64,000 nucleotides of DNA, from assembly GCA_964423875.1 (NCBI GenBank), contig CAYRGS010000002.1, positions 14,062 to 78,061 on the forward strand. The letters are read 5' to 3'. A program made the translations under genes and the position numbers. The first letter of the stretch is position 1. Every line of letters begins with the position of its first letter. This DNA comes from an uncultured bacterium. GTDB lineage: Bacteria > UBA8248 > JACPRG01 > G963555815. Positions 8,891-18,405 of this stretch are shown piece by piece. Under the pieces are notes generated by a model, which saw only the letters and a list, made by a program, of their open reading frames with translations, was not told the origin of the DNA and made no database searches.

Positions 8891-10732
8891 TTAGCTCCCC
8901 CCGTCTTTGTACCGCTCCAGTGTCTTCCGGCGCTCGGCCGTGGCCGCCGGGTCGATCTTTCCTCCTTCGTCGAAAACCACGCCGTAGACCTCTCGGGCGC
9001 GCTCCCGGGTGATCCAGCCCTCATCCACATCGTGGTCAACCTTCTCGGGCGGCCGTTCATGGGGAGGGCCGTAGCCGCCCCCGCCGGCGGTGTAGGAGAT
9101 CACCGTTTCGCCCGGATCGAGGATGATGTTGGCGCAGGCCGGCAGCTCTTCGAGCTCTTCGTTCGCCGTCCGGCGGTAGTTCCGGATCTTGGAGCCGTCC
9201 CCACCCCCCAGCGTGCCTTTGGCGTTGTTGACGGCCCCGTCGGCGATATAGGCCACCTCGAGTGTTCCTCCGCCCACCGGCCCGTATTCGCATAGCCCCG
9301 CCGGCGCGCCCGTTGTCCGGCCCGCCCCTTCGGTGTCGGGGACGAGACGCCGCGTCTTGACGAGAATCGGGAAGTGAAGCTCATCCAGCTCCACGCTGTC
9401 GATGAAGCACAGGCCCGAATTCCCAGCATGACAGATCGTGAGCCAGGCGTCCGTCTTCGCGGCGCCCGCCCCCCCGGTGTCCAGCATGAAGATTTGGTTG
9501 ACGAACGGGGCGTTGTCGTTCCGGGGATCGAAGCCTGAGATGACGCCCATTGAAGCGGGGAAAAAGGGGCCGCACTCCGCCAGGCCGAGCCCGTCCCGGA
9601 TCATCGAGAACGCCCGCTGGACCGGGTTCGTCACGCGGTCGGCCAGGTTCGTGGTCGCGACGGACATGCTGGTCGGATGTCTTCCGCCCCCGGCGATGCA
9701 TCCTTCGCGGATGTGCACACGGATTCGTCGGAAGCTGCCGGCGTTGGTCGGAACCTCGTCCTCGATGCTGTTGAAGACGGCGATCATGGCGGCCGTCCTC
9801 GCACAGGCCTCGCTGAGGTTGAGCCCGCAGGGCATGGTGTCCGGGTTGTCGGTGAGGTCCACGTCGATCAGGGCGTTCTCGCTGTCGATCTTGACCTTCA
9901 CCTGAATGGGGATTCCCTCGGACGGGGTGCCGGGCACTGGGTCGTGAACGCTGACGGCGGCGGCCTCGCCGCTCGGCAGCTTCCCGATGGCGGAGACCAT
10001 GACCTTCTCGCTGTAGTCGAACCACTCGGACGCGAAGGCGTGCAGCGTCTCCCAGCCGACCTCCTCCGCCATTGCCAGGACCTCCCGCTCGCCGATCCGG
10101 GCCGCGCCCACCATGGCCAGGAAATCGCCCCGCCACTGCGCGGGCACACGGATGCGCATCTCGCACATCCGGATGACGTCGGAGATCTCTTCGTAGTCCT
10201 CTTCCACCTTGACCGCCGGAAAGATGAGCGCGCCCTCTTCGTAGACGTCGCGCGCGTGGCCCATGTAGGTTGTCGGCTGGGAGTTGCCGCAGTCCGCCTG
10301 GTGCGCCTTCACCCAGACGGTGAAGTGATGCGTCCCCTTCTCGTCAATGACCGGGACGAGGATGGTGTGGTCCGCCGGGTGGGAACAGCCGTGGTAGGGC
10401 GAGTTGTGCAGGAAGGCGTCCCCCCGCTTCAGCGTGGGATGGATGTCCATCATCGCCCGGGCCATGAGGTCCGCGCCGCTCAGGACGTGAATGGGAAGGG
10501 TTTCGGCGCCGGTGAGGAGCTCGCAGTCCCGCGTGACGATGCTGGTCGAGAAGTCCTTCGCGACGTTGAGAACCCCCGAGCGTCCGGTGCGGAACAGGGT
10601 ATTGGCCATCTTCGTCGTCACGGCGTCGAACCGCTTGCTCAGAACGGCCAGCGTGACCGGATCGATCCCCGCGCGCCTTCCGCGCCGGACCCGGAGCGGC
10701 GGCGGTTTTTTCGCCATCCGTGCTTTCGGCAT
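8891..10732 (-). CDS. Hydantoinase B / oxoprolinase family protein (HyuB-like)
   Basis: 613-aa ORF (DPVTLAVLSKRFDAVTTKMANTLFRTGRSGVLNVAKDFSTSIV..) paired with a HyuA-like gene upstream on the same strand. Confidence 0.85.
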   Translation of the reverse strand: MPKARMAKKPPPLRVRRGRRAGIDPVTLAVLSKRFDAVTTKMANTLFRTGRSGVLNVAKDFSTSIVTRDCELLTGAETLPIHVLSGADLMARAMMDIHPTLKRGDAFLHNSPYHGCSHPADHTILVPVIDEKGTHHFTVWVKAHQADCGNSQPTTYMGHARDVYEEGALIFPAVKVEEDYEEISDVIRMCEMRIRVPAQWRGDFLAMVGAARIGEREVLAMAEEVGWETLHAFASEWFDYSEKVMVSAIGKLPSGEAAAVSVHDPVPGTPSEGIPIQVKVKIDSENALIDVDLTDNPDTMPCGLNLSEACARTAAMIAVFNSIEDEVPTNAGSFRRIRVHIREGCIAGGGRHPTSMSVATTNLADRVTNPVQRAFSMIRDGLGLAECGPFFPASMGVISGFDPRNDNAPFVNQIFMLDTGGAGAAKTDAWLTICHAGNSGLCFIDSVELDELHFPILVKTRRLVPDTEGAGRTTGAPAGLCEYGPVGGGTLEVAYIADGAVNNAKGTLGGGDGSKIRNYRRTANEELEELPACANIILDPGETVISYTAGGGGYGPPHERPPEKVDHDVDEGWITRERAREVYGVVFDEGGKIDPAATAERRKTLERYKDGGS

Positions 10733-10866
10733 GCGCTATACCTTTCAGGGTTCTTCTACCGTCGTGTCTCGCGAGCGCCTTGACCTATGGAGTCCGCATC
10801 GTCCATCCCGGCCAAGCAAGGGGGCCACCGACCCAAACGCCCGGCCTATCCTTCGGGAACCGGTAG

Positions 10867-10885
10867 GGCGGGCATCTTGCCCGCC
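10867..10885 (-). other. Strong GC hairpin in the hyuA-hyuB intercistronic spacer
   Basis: ggcgggca-tct-tgcccgcc forms a perfect 8-bp stem with a 3-nt loop and no U-tract on the transcribed strand. Confidence 0.4.
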
Positions 10886-10929
10886 ATCCATCCATGCTCA
10901 GCCGGTGGGCCTTTGACATCCTCTCCCCC

Positions 10930-12990
10930 CTAAGGCGTGATGACCAACGTTCCGCTCTGCTTGCGAACCGCCTTCGCGCCAGGGTCGATGACGACGGTCG
11001 TGAAGGGGGACTCGATGATCGCGGGCCCTCGAAGGGAAACGTTGCGCTTCATCGTCTCGAACAACTCGACGCGGGTCTTCACCGTGCCCGCTTCACTGAA
11101 ATAGGCCCGACGCGTAGAAGGGACTTTAAAGACCTTCTCATGGCCGAGCCGCCCCAAATCCCCTTTGCGCAACCTGCAGCGCGCCTCGGCCCGCCAGCCG
11201 ACGAACTCCACCTCCGAGCCGGGGTCGCGAAAGGCGAACACCTCCTCGTGCGCCCGGTCGAATTCCTCCCGCGCGCGGGCGACATCCGCCTTCGACCGGA
11301 AAAGCCGGATCGACAGGGGCAGGTCGATTTCCCAGATCTGATGACGGTACCGCGCCTCGGCGTACAGGTCGATGGCGTGATCGACCGCGCCCTTCCCCGC
11401 GCTTTTGATGAAAGCCCGACATTTCTCCAGCAAAGTTTTCAAAACGCCGTTCACACCGCTGAAGTCGAAGGTGTCCGTGGCCGAATAATAGAGCGCCCGG
11501 TGATCGGCCCGAAGGTCGGACATGAGGGCCCCGGCGGCGGACAGAACCGCGCCCACCTCCGGGATGAGCAGGGTCTTGCATCCCAGCCGCCGGGCGATGG
11601 CCACCGAGTTGAGCCCCGCCGCGCCCCCGCCCCCGACGAGGACGGCGCCGCGCGGGTCGATCCCCTGGTTGATGGTGATCTCCTCGATGGCGCTCACCAT
11701 GTTCTCCGTGGCCAGACGGAGAATGGCAGAGGCCGCTTCCAGAAGGCCCAGGCCCAGGGGCGTGGCCACGTCTCGCTCGATGGCTTCGGCGGCCCGCCCC
11801 GCCTCGAGCGTCATCGTCCCGCCCAGAAAGAAGGCCGGGTCGATGTACCCCAGCACGAGGGCGGCGTCGGTGACGGTGGAACGCCTTCCCCCCTTGTCAT
11901 AGCAGGCAGGCCCCGGGACCGCGCCCGCGCTGGTGGGCCCCACGTGCAACAGCCCCCCTTCATCCACCCGGGCGATGCTTCCCCCGCCCGCGCCGATGCT
12001 CCTCACGTCCACCGAGGGAAACCCGACGATGTGGCCCCGGTAGCGCTGCCCCAGCCAGGTTTCCGGTGTTGTGGGGATGACGTCCCTGCGGACCAGGCTG
12101 ATGTCGAACGTCGTCCCCCCCGTGTCCGCCACGATCGCCGTGTCGGCGGCGGCGTCGGCCCGTGCGTAGTGACGCCCGGCGATGGGGGCCATGGACGGAC
12201 CGGACCCGATCGCGTGAATGGGGGCCTTGGCCATCTCGTCCGCGTCCATCACCCCGCCCCGCGAGGTCAGAATCAGAAGCCGGCCCTCGAACCCCGCCAC
12301 CCGCAACCGGGTCGACAGCCCAATGAGATAACGCGACATGAGCGGCTTGAGGGAGGCGTCCATACAGGCCGAGGAGGCGCGCCGGTATTCCCGGAGGATC
12401 GGATTGAGGACGTGAGAAAGCGTCACGGGAACGCCCGGAAGATGCACCTCCAAGAGGCGGCCTACGCGCTCCTCGTGGTCCGGGTTGACGGTGGACCAGA
12501 GGAGGGACACCGCCACGGCCTCCACCTCCAAGGCCCGCAACCGGCGGATGAGGTCGATCACCGCTTCCTCCTCAAACGGCTCGACGGCCCGGCCGTCGAA
12601 GGCTATGCGTCCGGGGACCTCGAATGTCAACGCGCGGGGGACGTAAGGCTTCGGGAAGGGAACGGAGAAATTGAAAGGCTCGATTCGTCCCCCTTCGCGC
12701 AGGACCAGGACGTCGGGATGACCCCGCGTTGTGAGGAATGCGGTTCGGGCGGCGGCGCCGGTGATGACGGCGTTGATGGCGTGCGTGGTGCCGTGGATGA
12801 AAAGGTCTCCGCCGGCCAGCAGGTCCTCAGGGGTGGTCGACATGCTCTCGGCCGCGGCGCGGACGGCGTCCAGGATGCCCTCCACCGGGTCATGCGGCGT
12901 GGTGGGGGCCTTGAACATGTGGAGGGCGCCCCGTTCGTCTTCGATAACCAAATCGGTGAAGGTGCCGCCGGTGTCCACAGCGAAGCGCAT
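10930..12990 (-). CDS. Hydantoinase A / oxoprolinase family protein (HyuA-like, ATP-binding)
   Basis: 686-aa ORF starting MRFAVDTGGTFTDLVIEDERG. It has further ASKHA-type blocks (IVADTGGTTFDISLV, VGGGGAAGL). Confidence 0.9.
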   Translation of the reverse strand: MRFAVDTGGTFTDLVIEDERGALHMFKAPTTPHDPVEGILDAVRAAAESMSTTPEDLLAGGDLFIHGTTHAINAVITGAAARTAFLTTRGHPDVLVLREGGRIEPFNFSVPFPKPYVPRALTFEVPGRIAFDGRAVEPFEEEAVIDLIRRLRALEVEAVAVSLLWSTVNPDHEERVGRLLEVHLPGVPVTLSHVLNPILREYRRASSACMDASLKPLMSRYLIGLSTRLRVAGFEGRLLILTSRGGVMDADEMAKAPIHAIGSGPSMAPIAGRHYARADAAADTAIVADTGGTTFDISLVRRDVIPTTPETWLGQRYRGHIVGFPSVDVRSIGAGGGSIARVDEGGLLHVGPTSAGAVPGPACYDKGGRRSTVTDAALVLGYIDPAFFLGGTMTLEAGRAAEAIERDVATPLGLGLLEAASAILRLATENMVSAIEEITINQGIDPRGAVLVGGGGAAGLNSVAIARRLGCKTLLIPEVGAVLSAAGALMSDLRADHRALYYSATDTFDFSGVNGVLKTLLEKCRAFIKSAGKGAVDHAIDLYAEARYRHQIWEIDLPLSIRLFRSKADVARAREEFDRAHEEVFAFRDPGSEVEFVGWRAEARCRLRKGDLGRLGHEKVFKVPSTRRAYFSEAGTVKTRVELFETMKRNVSLRGPAIIESPFTTVVIDPGAKAVRKQSGTLVITP

Positions 12991-13847
12991 GGATTACATC
13001 CTCTCCCAACCGGCTTCATGACGCACGCCTGGGCGATCCAGTTCTTCCCAAGCGCGATCCCGAATGTCCGGTTCTACGTGTCACACAGTATAAACCCGGT
13101 CCGAAGACACGCGGATAAGCGGCCCTGTGGGCCGAAATTAGATCGATCCTTGGGAACAAACGTTGCATGGAAAATATCAGAAGCAAATCTTCGCGCATCT
13201 GGAATTTCGGGTCAAGGGGGTTCTCCATTCGGGGGAATCTCGTGGTTGAGTCCGCCCAATCGAACCGGCGTCCGATGTCCCCGTGTTGCGGACCCCTCTG
13301 GACCGGGCGAAAGGAGGGAATATTTCACTCTTTTTTGCTCGCCCAGCCGGTCCGGTCCTCTGCCCTCTGAAAGGTTGGAATGTGTCGAGGAGAGGCAAGG
13401 ACAGCCCGAAATCTCCCTCCGAGCGGAATGCCCCCACCCGTCTGGCCGGCTCCCGGTTGCGAAATTTTCGAAAATCAAAGGAGAAACAAGCAAAATTCAC
13501 TGTTAACAAGGTTATGAGGGTGTATTAGATTTGGGATTGTATCTATTCGTTACAGGGAGGATTCATCGAAATTTCGTTCATCCAAGCCTCTGGGAGACCA
13601 CTTGCCGTCTCCTCAATAAATTGTGGACTCATACGTTGCTCATCCAAATCAAGATAGATACAAAAAGCGGCACGGTCGAGGTTGTGACCGACACAACAGG
13701 CGCCGAGACTGAGCCTGAGAACCTCACGCTTCAAATCAGCGACGCCGTCCACACCCATGGCGCCTCCGCGCTACACCGCATAGAGAGGTTTCTCCTCACC
13801 AGGACAGCGTGCGGCGCCGAAACATAAAGGATTGTGAGAATTCCAGC

Positions 13848-14519
13848 CTAGGACGGGTCGGCGGCCTCACGAACGACCTGGGCCGCGTCTTGAATATGGC
13901 GGGACATCAAACGACAGGCCTCTTCCGCGTCACGGCGCTGGATGGCGCCAAGGATCTTGAGGTGATCATCAAACGGCCGAGCCGAGCTCGGGCGACGGCG
14001 CTCCAATTCCATCGAGTTGCAAAGATGAAGCTGCGACTCAAGGGTCGTCCATATCTGGAAAAGCCGGCTGTGCCGAGCAAGTTTGAACAACCGGCTGTGG
14101 AATTCCATGTTCACGACGACAACCTGCTCGGTCTGCCCGGAACCCGAAGCGGCTTGAAAGCGGCGGACGCCCTCCACGAGCTCTTCAATCTCTACATCCT
14201 CCGCCAGTTTGACAACCCGTTGGACCGCAAGCAACTCCAACGCCTCGCGCAGACTGTAGATTTCCTCGACATCCTCCACGCCCGGTTCGACAACGAACGT
14301 TCCGCGGTGGACGTTGATCACCACAAGACCTTCCGCAGCCAAAAGCCGGAGGGCTTCTCGAATCGGACCCCGACTGACGCCCAACTGCTCGGCCAGCTCG
14401 GTCTCAACCAACCGCTGGCCCAATTCGAACGCACCTTCCAGAATCGCCGCCCGCATGGATCCGACGACGTTTTCTGAAAGAAGAGTTTTCTTGAGGGGTT
14501 GCAAACTTGCCATGGCCAT
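13848..14519 (-). CDS. GntR-family transcriptional regulator with FCD (FadR-type) C-terminal domain
   Basis: The winged-HTH block is ELAEQLGVSRGPIREALRLLAAEGLVVINVHRGTFV. It is followed by a helical effector domain (EIYSLREALELLAV..NMEFHSRLF..DHLKILGAIQRRDAEEA). Confidence 0.85.
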   Translation of the reverse strand: MAMASLQPLKKTLLSENVVGSMRAAILEGAFELGQRLVETELAEQLGVSRGPIREALRLLAAEGLVVINVHRGTFVVEPGVEDVEEIYSLREALELLAVQRVVKLAEDVEIEELVEGVRRFQAASGSGQTEQVVVVNMEFHSRLFKLARHSRLFQIWTTLESQLHLCNSMELERRRPSSARPFDDHLKILGAIQRRDAEEACRLMSRHIQDAAQVVREAADPS

Positions 14520-14802
14520 ATTGCATATTCCTTAGGACTGGGGAAATCTTGTGTTTCGATGACAGAATATTACAGCTTTGTATTCAAATATCAAGGGTGA
14601 TTGGCGGATTTGATTCAATTTCCTCAAAATTCTGATATTTGACAAGCCCTTTACGCGGAGAGAAGGTGGTAATGGTCGAAGAGTCGCCCCGACTCAGGCG
14701 ACCCTCTCGCGGATTCCGCACACCGATCCGCTATCCGTCAGGAGCACAAAATCCTTATCGGCCAGCCCCGCTAATCAACCCGCCTTAAAAAATCGGGTCT
14801 CT

Positions 14803-15522
14803 CTATTTTCCTGCCAAGGGGTCAGGGAAAACGGCGATGATGGAGCCAAAACGGTGACGGAACGTGACGCCCGACACCACAGGCCGGGGCGGCTTGGGAG
14901 CGCCGAGGCGAAGGGTCAAGGGGAAAACCCGCCTTTTGCTTTGGAGGCCCTTTCGATCCACGACCGTCACGGTCAGCGTCATCCGCAGACCGTCGAACCG
15001 CCCCGGATGTCGCAGAACATCCGGTCCGCCTGTGTCGAGCTCCAGATATCCCGCCAACCTGCCCATCTCGTCCTTTTTGAATCTTTCCTGCCCCTCCTTC
15101 GACGCCTTCCTGGGCAAAGCCAGGCCGATTACGCCGCGCGAGGAGCCCCCGGGGCCTTCCTGATGAAGCTCCCATTCCAGGGTTTTCAGGTCTTCATCCT
15201 CATCCTCCAGAACGAGGTAGAGATCCCAGATCTCCCCCGGCGCCAGGTCCATCGCAGCCTGTGCGAATGAGATCCTCGGAGCCGGATAAGGTCGTTTCAT
15301 GGAACGACCTATCCACAGTCCCCGGACCGCCCCTTTCCCGGACGCCTTGCCATCGGGCGCGCCCTGGAGCCGCACGTCATCGAGGGGCAGGTTCTTTGGC
15401 TTGAGAAAGTCGGGGAGTTGAGCGAACGCTCTCCCGGCCGTCAGGAGCACGATGAGAAGGGCCGCAACTAAAATTGTCGGCCTGAGGATCCAGGATCCAG
15501 CGAGACGTCGCATCAGTCGCAC
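14803..15522 (-). CDS. Hypothetical exported protein
   Basis: 239-aa ORF with an N-terminal signal/anchor (ILRPTILVAALLIVLLTAGRAFAQ). No family recognised. Confidence 0.55.
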   Translation of the reverse strand: MRLMRRLAGSWILRPTILVAALLIVLLTAGRAFAQLPDFLKPKNLPLDDVRLQGAPDGKASGKGAVRGLWIGRSMKRPYPAPRISFAQAAMDLAPGEIWDLYLVLEDEDEDLKTLEWELHQEGPGGSSRGVIGLALPRKASKEGQERFKKDEMGRLAGYLELDTGGPDVLRHPGRFDGLRMTLTVTVVDRKGLQSKRRVFPLTLRLGAPKPPRPVVSGVTFRHRFGSIIAVFPDPLAGK

Positions 15523-15752
15523 TCCCTACATCCCCTTTCGCCCTCTTGGGTTCGGCCGCGGATTCGCCAAGACAACCACAAATTATATCCGTCTTCAATG
15601 CCCGCGCCACGAAACCTGAGACCGGATTTTTTACCCCCGGTGCGCCCCGTCCCATTCGGCCGGACGCTTCCATCTCCGGGCCGCCCCCCCTACCCTCTGA
15701 ATCCGGATTGCATTACAATCGCTTCTTTCCCGCGGACGACGGGCGTGATTCT

Positions 15753-16490
15753 ATGACCTCGAACCGGAGTGCGGAATTGGACGAAGAACCGAAGATCACC
15801 ATCGTCATCCCGGCCCTGAACGAAGAGGTGAACATAGAGAAATCGCTCACCATGCTGGAAGAGAAACTTCTCATTCCCCACCGGGTGATTGTGGTCAACG
15901 ACAACTCGGACGACCGGACGGCGGAGATCGTAGAGAGGATTTCCGGAGACCGTCCGAACATCCGCATGGTCAACAGCTCCCGCCCGCGTGGGATCACCAA
16001 CGCCCTCAAATCCGGTTTCGAAAACGTCTCCACCCCGGTCACCGTGGTGATGATGGCCGACCTTTGCGACGACCCGGAAACCGTGCCTCGGATGTACGCA
16101 AAGCTCGAAGAAGGATACGATCTCGTTTGCGCTTCCCGCTACATGCCCGAAGGCAGACGCCTGGGCGGCCCCGCGCTTCAGGGATTCTTCTCGCGGCACG
16201 TCTGTTCAAGCCTGAAAAAGCTCACTGGCATCCAGACCCACGATGTCAGTAACGCCTTCAAGATGTACCGAACGGAGATCCTGCGGACGACGCCCCTGGA
16301 GGAGGCGGGGTTCGCCTCATCGCTGGAAATCTGCGTCAAGGCGTTCCTCAAAGGCTATCGCATCACGGAAGTTCCCACCACCTGGAAAGGCCGGACGGCG
16401 GGAACTTCCAGCTTCAAAATGCTGAAGGTCGCCCGAAGCTACTTTCGGTGGTACCTTTGGGCCATCCTGCTACGGAACCACAGGTTCTGA
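15753..16490 (+). CDS. Family 2 glycosyltransferase (dolichyl/polyprenyl-phosphate sugar transferase-like)
   Basis: ITIVIPALNEE, VVNDNSDDRT and MADLCDD (DxD-like) blocks. The start is taken at the ATG at 15753 within ORF 15546..16490. Confidence 0.8.
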   Translation: MTSNRSAELDEEPKITIVIPALNEEVNIEKSLTMLEEKLLIPHRVIVVNDNSDDRTAEIVERISGDRPNIRMVNSSRPRGITNALKSGFENVSTPVTVVMMADLCDDPETVPRMYAKLEEGYDLVCASRYMPEGRRLGGPALQGFFSRHVCSSLKKLTGIQTHDVSNAFKMYRTEILRTTPLEEAGFASSLEICVKAFLKGYRITEVPTTWKGRTAGTSSFKMLKVARSYFRWYLWAILLRNHRF

Positions 16491-16493
16491 GCC

Positions 16494-16916
16494 GTGAGAC
16501 CCGCCGCTGGCCCGAATAAACCGAACCCGCGGCCGCCGTCCGCCGCTCCCCGCTCCCTGCGGATTCTTGGGATCGCCGTTGCGTTTCTGTTTCTGGTGGT
16601 CGCCTATCAGTGGGGGGCGGGCGCGACAGACCGCATGGCCGGGAAACTGGCGATCGGCTTGGTTCAGGAACGGTTGAACACCAACCTCACCGAAGGTGCC
16701 GCCAACACGGACGCCCGCTCTTACGACTGGCTCGCCCGGAAAGCCGCGCCCGATTTGTATCACGTCAAACAAAACCTCGTCCTGGATCGGATCTGGCGGT
16801 TTGACCGGTGGGAGAACTTCTGTTGGCAGGTTCGGCTTTCCATCGAGGACATCCGCATGGTGGACTGCCGGGCTATCCGTTGGGATAAGAGCCCTCAGCG
16901 GTATCAGGGCCGCTAA
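16494..16916 (+). CDS. Hypothetical membrane-anchored protein
   Basis: 140-aa ORF with a GTG start 4 nt after the GT2 stop. It has one TM segment (LRILGIAVAFLFLVVAY). Its 3' end overlaps the convergent TPR gene by 44 nt. Confidence 0.4.
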   Translation: MRPAAGPNKPNPRPPSAAPRSLRILGIAVAFLFLVVAYQWGAGATDRMAGKLAIGLVQERLNTNLTEGAANTDARSYDWLARKAAPDLYHVKQNLVLDRIWRFDRWENFCWQVRLSIEDIRMVDCRAIRWDKSPQRYQGR

Positions 16917-18294
16917 GCCGGAGGCCCGCGCGGAGTAGATACACGGCAATCCCGGCGAACATGATGAGGAAGAGCGAAAGCTCTATCGCCCGCTCCCGGA
17001 CGCCGAGAGCCACCTGTTGCATCAGGTAGTAGAGGGAGTTTGCCCCTCCCGAGAGGTGTGCGAGCTCCATCTCGATTCTCTTCTGAAACCTTTTCGACAG
17101 CTTTGCGACCCCAGGGGGCGGTTTCGTCCGGAACAAGGCCAGCGCCCGCTCAAACTGCCGGGCCGCCTCCCGCTTGGAGCGGGGGCCTTTCAACCGCTTC
17201 AACGCCATCGCCAAATCGAAGTGAAGCAGCGCGTCGCCCGGCAGCCAAGCGATGGCCTCTTGGAAGGCCGCCACGGCCCTTAAAGGGTCTTCCTTGGCCA
17301 TGTAGGCTGCGCCCAGCTCCCGGGCCTTGGCACCCCGCCTTTTCCGGTAAACCGGGCGTTTTTCATCGAATCTGTCAAGCCCCCGTTGAATCCGCTTCCG
17401 GAACGACGCCCGCTCTTCGCCCGCCATGGTGACCGCCCGCTGGGCGAACAAGGCATCGGCCCTGCGGAAGTGCCGCAAGGCGCCCTTGTCGCGGCCTTTC
17501 CACCGGGTGTAGGCCTCGGCGAGGCGAAGGTGGAGACGGGGATCGTTCGGCGCGTAAACCATCGCTTTTTTGTATTGATCGGCGGCCTTGTCGTACCACT
17601 TTCCGTTGAAATGATATTCCCCGACCGCGACGTAGGACTGCACCAGTATGTTGCGCGCCCGATCGTGCGCGGGGACCAGCTCCAACACCCGCGCCAGCAG
17701 GCGCGCTCCCCCCGGCTGGTTCTTTCTCATTTTTTCGGAGCCGATGCTGGTCAGCTCCTTCGCCAACGCGAGACGCGCCTTGGGATCTTGGGGGTTCTTC
17801 ATCATCAACTTGTCGAGGGACAAACTCTCCGGTGCACCGTTCAACCCTCTCTTGTCCTGAGGAATTAAAAATCCCACCACGTTCCAAAGCGCGTCCTTGG
17901 GATGAGCGGGGTCCAGTCGCCCAATCTCCCGCAGGACGTTCGACCCAATGGGAAGACGCTTGAGCGCCGCCGCATATGCCTGGCCGGCGCGTGCGTTGAG
18001 GTTCAAGGCCTGAAAGTGGCGGCCCAGGACATTGTGGCCCCGCGGGTCTTTGGGGCATTGACGGATGGCCATGCGGATGAGATTTTCCCGAATGCCGGGC
18101 GCGGCGGTTTCGGCTGCTTCCAGATATTTTTCGGCCGCCTTCGGGCATTCCACTGCTTCTTCCGCCCGGACCTGTCCGGGCGAGAAGGACGCGACGGCCA
18201 GCACAATGCCCGCCAGCGGCCCCGCAACACATCCGGGCCGCCCACGATTCAAGCGGCTGTTTTGACCTGAATCAACCTCGCTGAATGCCATCAT
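16873..18294 (-). CDS. TPR-repeat protein with signal peptide and C-terminal TM helix
   Basis: 473-aa ORF with repeated A/Y/L-rich 34-aa-like units (e.g. YYDKAADQYKKAMVYAPNDPRLHLRLAEAY) and a C-terminal segment IELSLFLIMFAGIAVYLL. Confidence 0.7.
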   Translation of the reverse strand: MMAFSEVDSGQNSRLNRGRPGCVAGPLAGIVLAVASFSPGQVRAEEAVECPKAAEKYLEAAETAAPGIRENLIRMAIRQCPKDPRGHNVLGRHFQALNLNARAGQAYAAALKRLPIGSNVLREIGRLDPAHPKDALWNVVGFLIPQDKRGLNGAPESLSLDKLMMKNPQDPKARLALAKELTSIGSEKMRKNQPGGARLLARVLELVPAHDRARNILVQSYVAVGEYHFNGKWYDKAADQYKKAMVYAPNDPRLHLRLAEAYTRWKGRDKGALRHFRRADALFAQRAVTMAGEERASFRKRIQRGLDRFDEKRPVYRKRRGAKARELGAAYMAKEDPLRAVAAFQEAIAWLPGDALLHFDLAMALKRLKGPRSKREAARQFERALALFRTKPPPGVAKLSKRFQKRIEMELAHLSGGANSLYYLMQQVALGVRERAIELSLFLIMFAGIAVYLLRAGLRLSGPDTAEGSYPNG

Positions 18295-18405
18295 CCGAAT
18301 AGCCCTGAATTCCCCGCCGTCTCCCGGGATGTCCCGGCCGGAAAGCCGGGCTGCCCGGATGACGCCGGAACCGCTGAGTCCGAATCAGATCCCCCCCCTC
18401 CCCCA

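Noticed and set aside
13151-13167. TGGGAACAAACGTTGCA, a sigma-54-like -24/-12 element (GG-N10-GC spacing).
   Set aside because: It faces away from hyuA towards a region with no credible gene. The -24 half is only a partial match. No enhancer-binding protein is encoded nearby.
10894-13506. 870-aa ORF on the plus strand, the longest-looking ORF in the left part of the window.
   Set aside because: It lies antisense to the well-supported HyuA gene. Its translation is Arg/Gly/Pro/His-rich low-information sequence, typical of shadow ORFs in high-GC DNA. It has no recognisable motifs.
13531-13827. Mutually overlapping small ORFs (98 aa on the plus strand, 71 aa on the minus strand) in the lower-GC patch of the 850-bp hyuA-gntR spacer.
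   Set aside because: I recognise no family motifs or ribosome-binding sites, and the two ORFs exclude each other. The region is left as non-coding of unknown function.
14578-14594. TTGTATTCAAATATCAA near-palindrome upstream of the GntR gene, considered as an autoregulatory operator.
   Set aside because: Only about half of the positions are symmetric, and it does not fit the FadR-type TNGTNNNACNA pattern convincingly.
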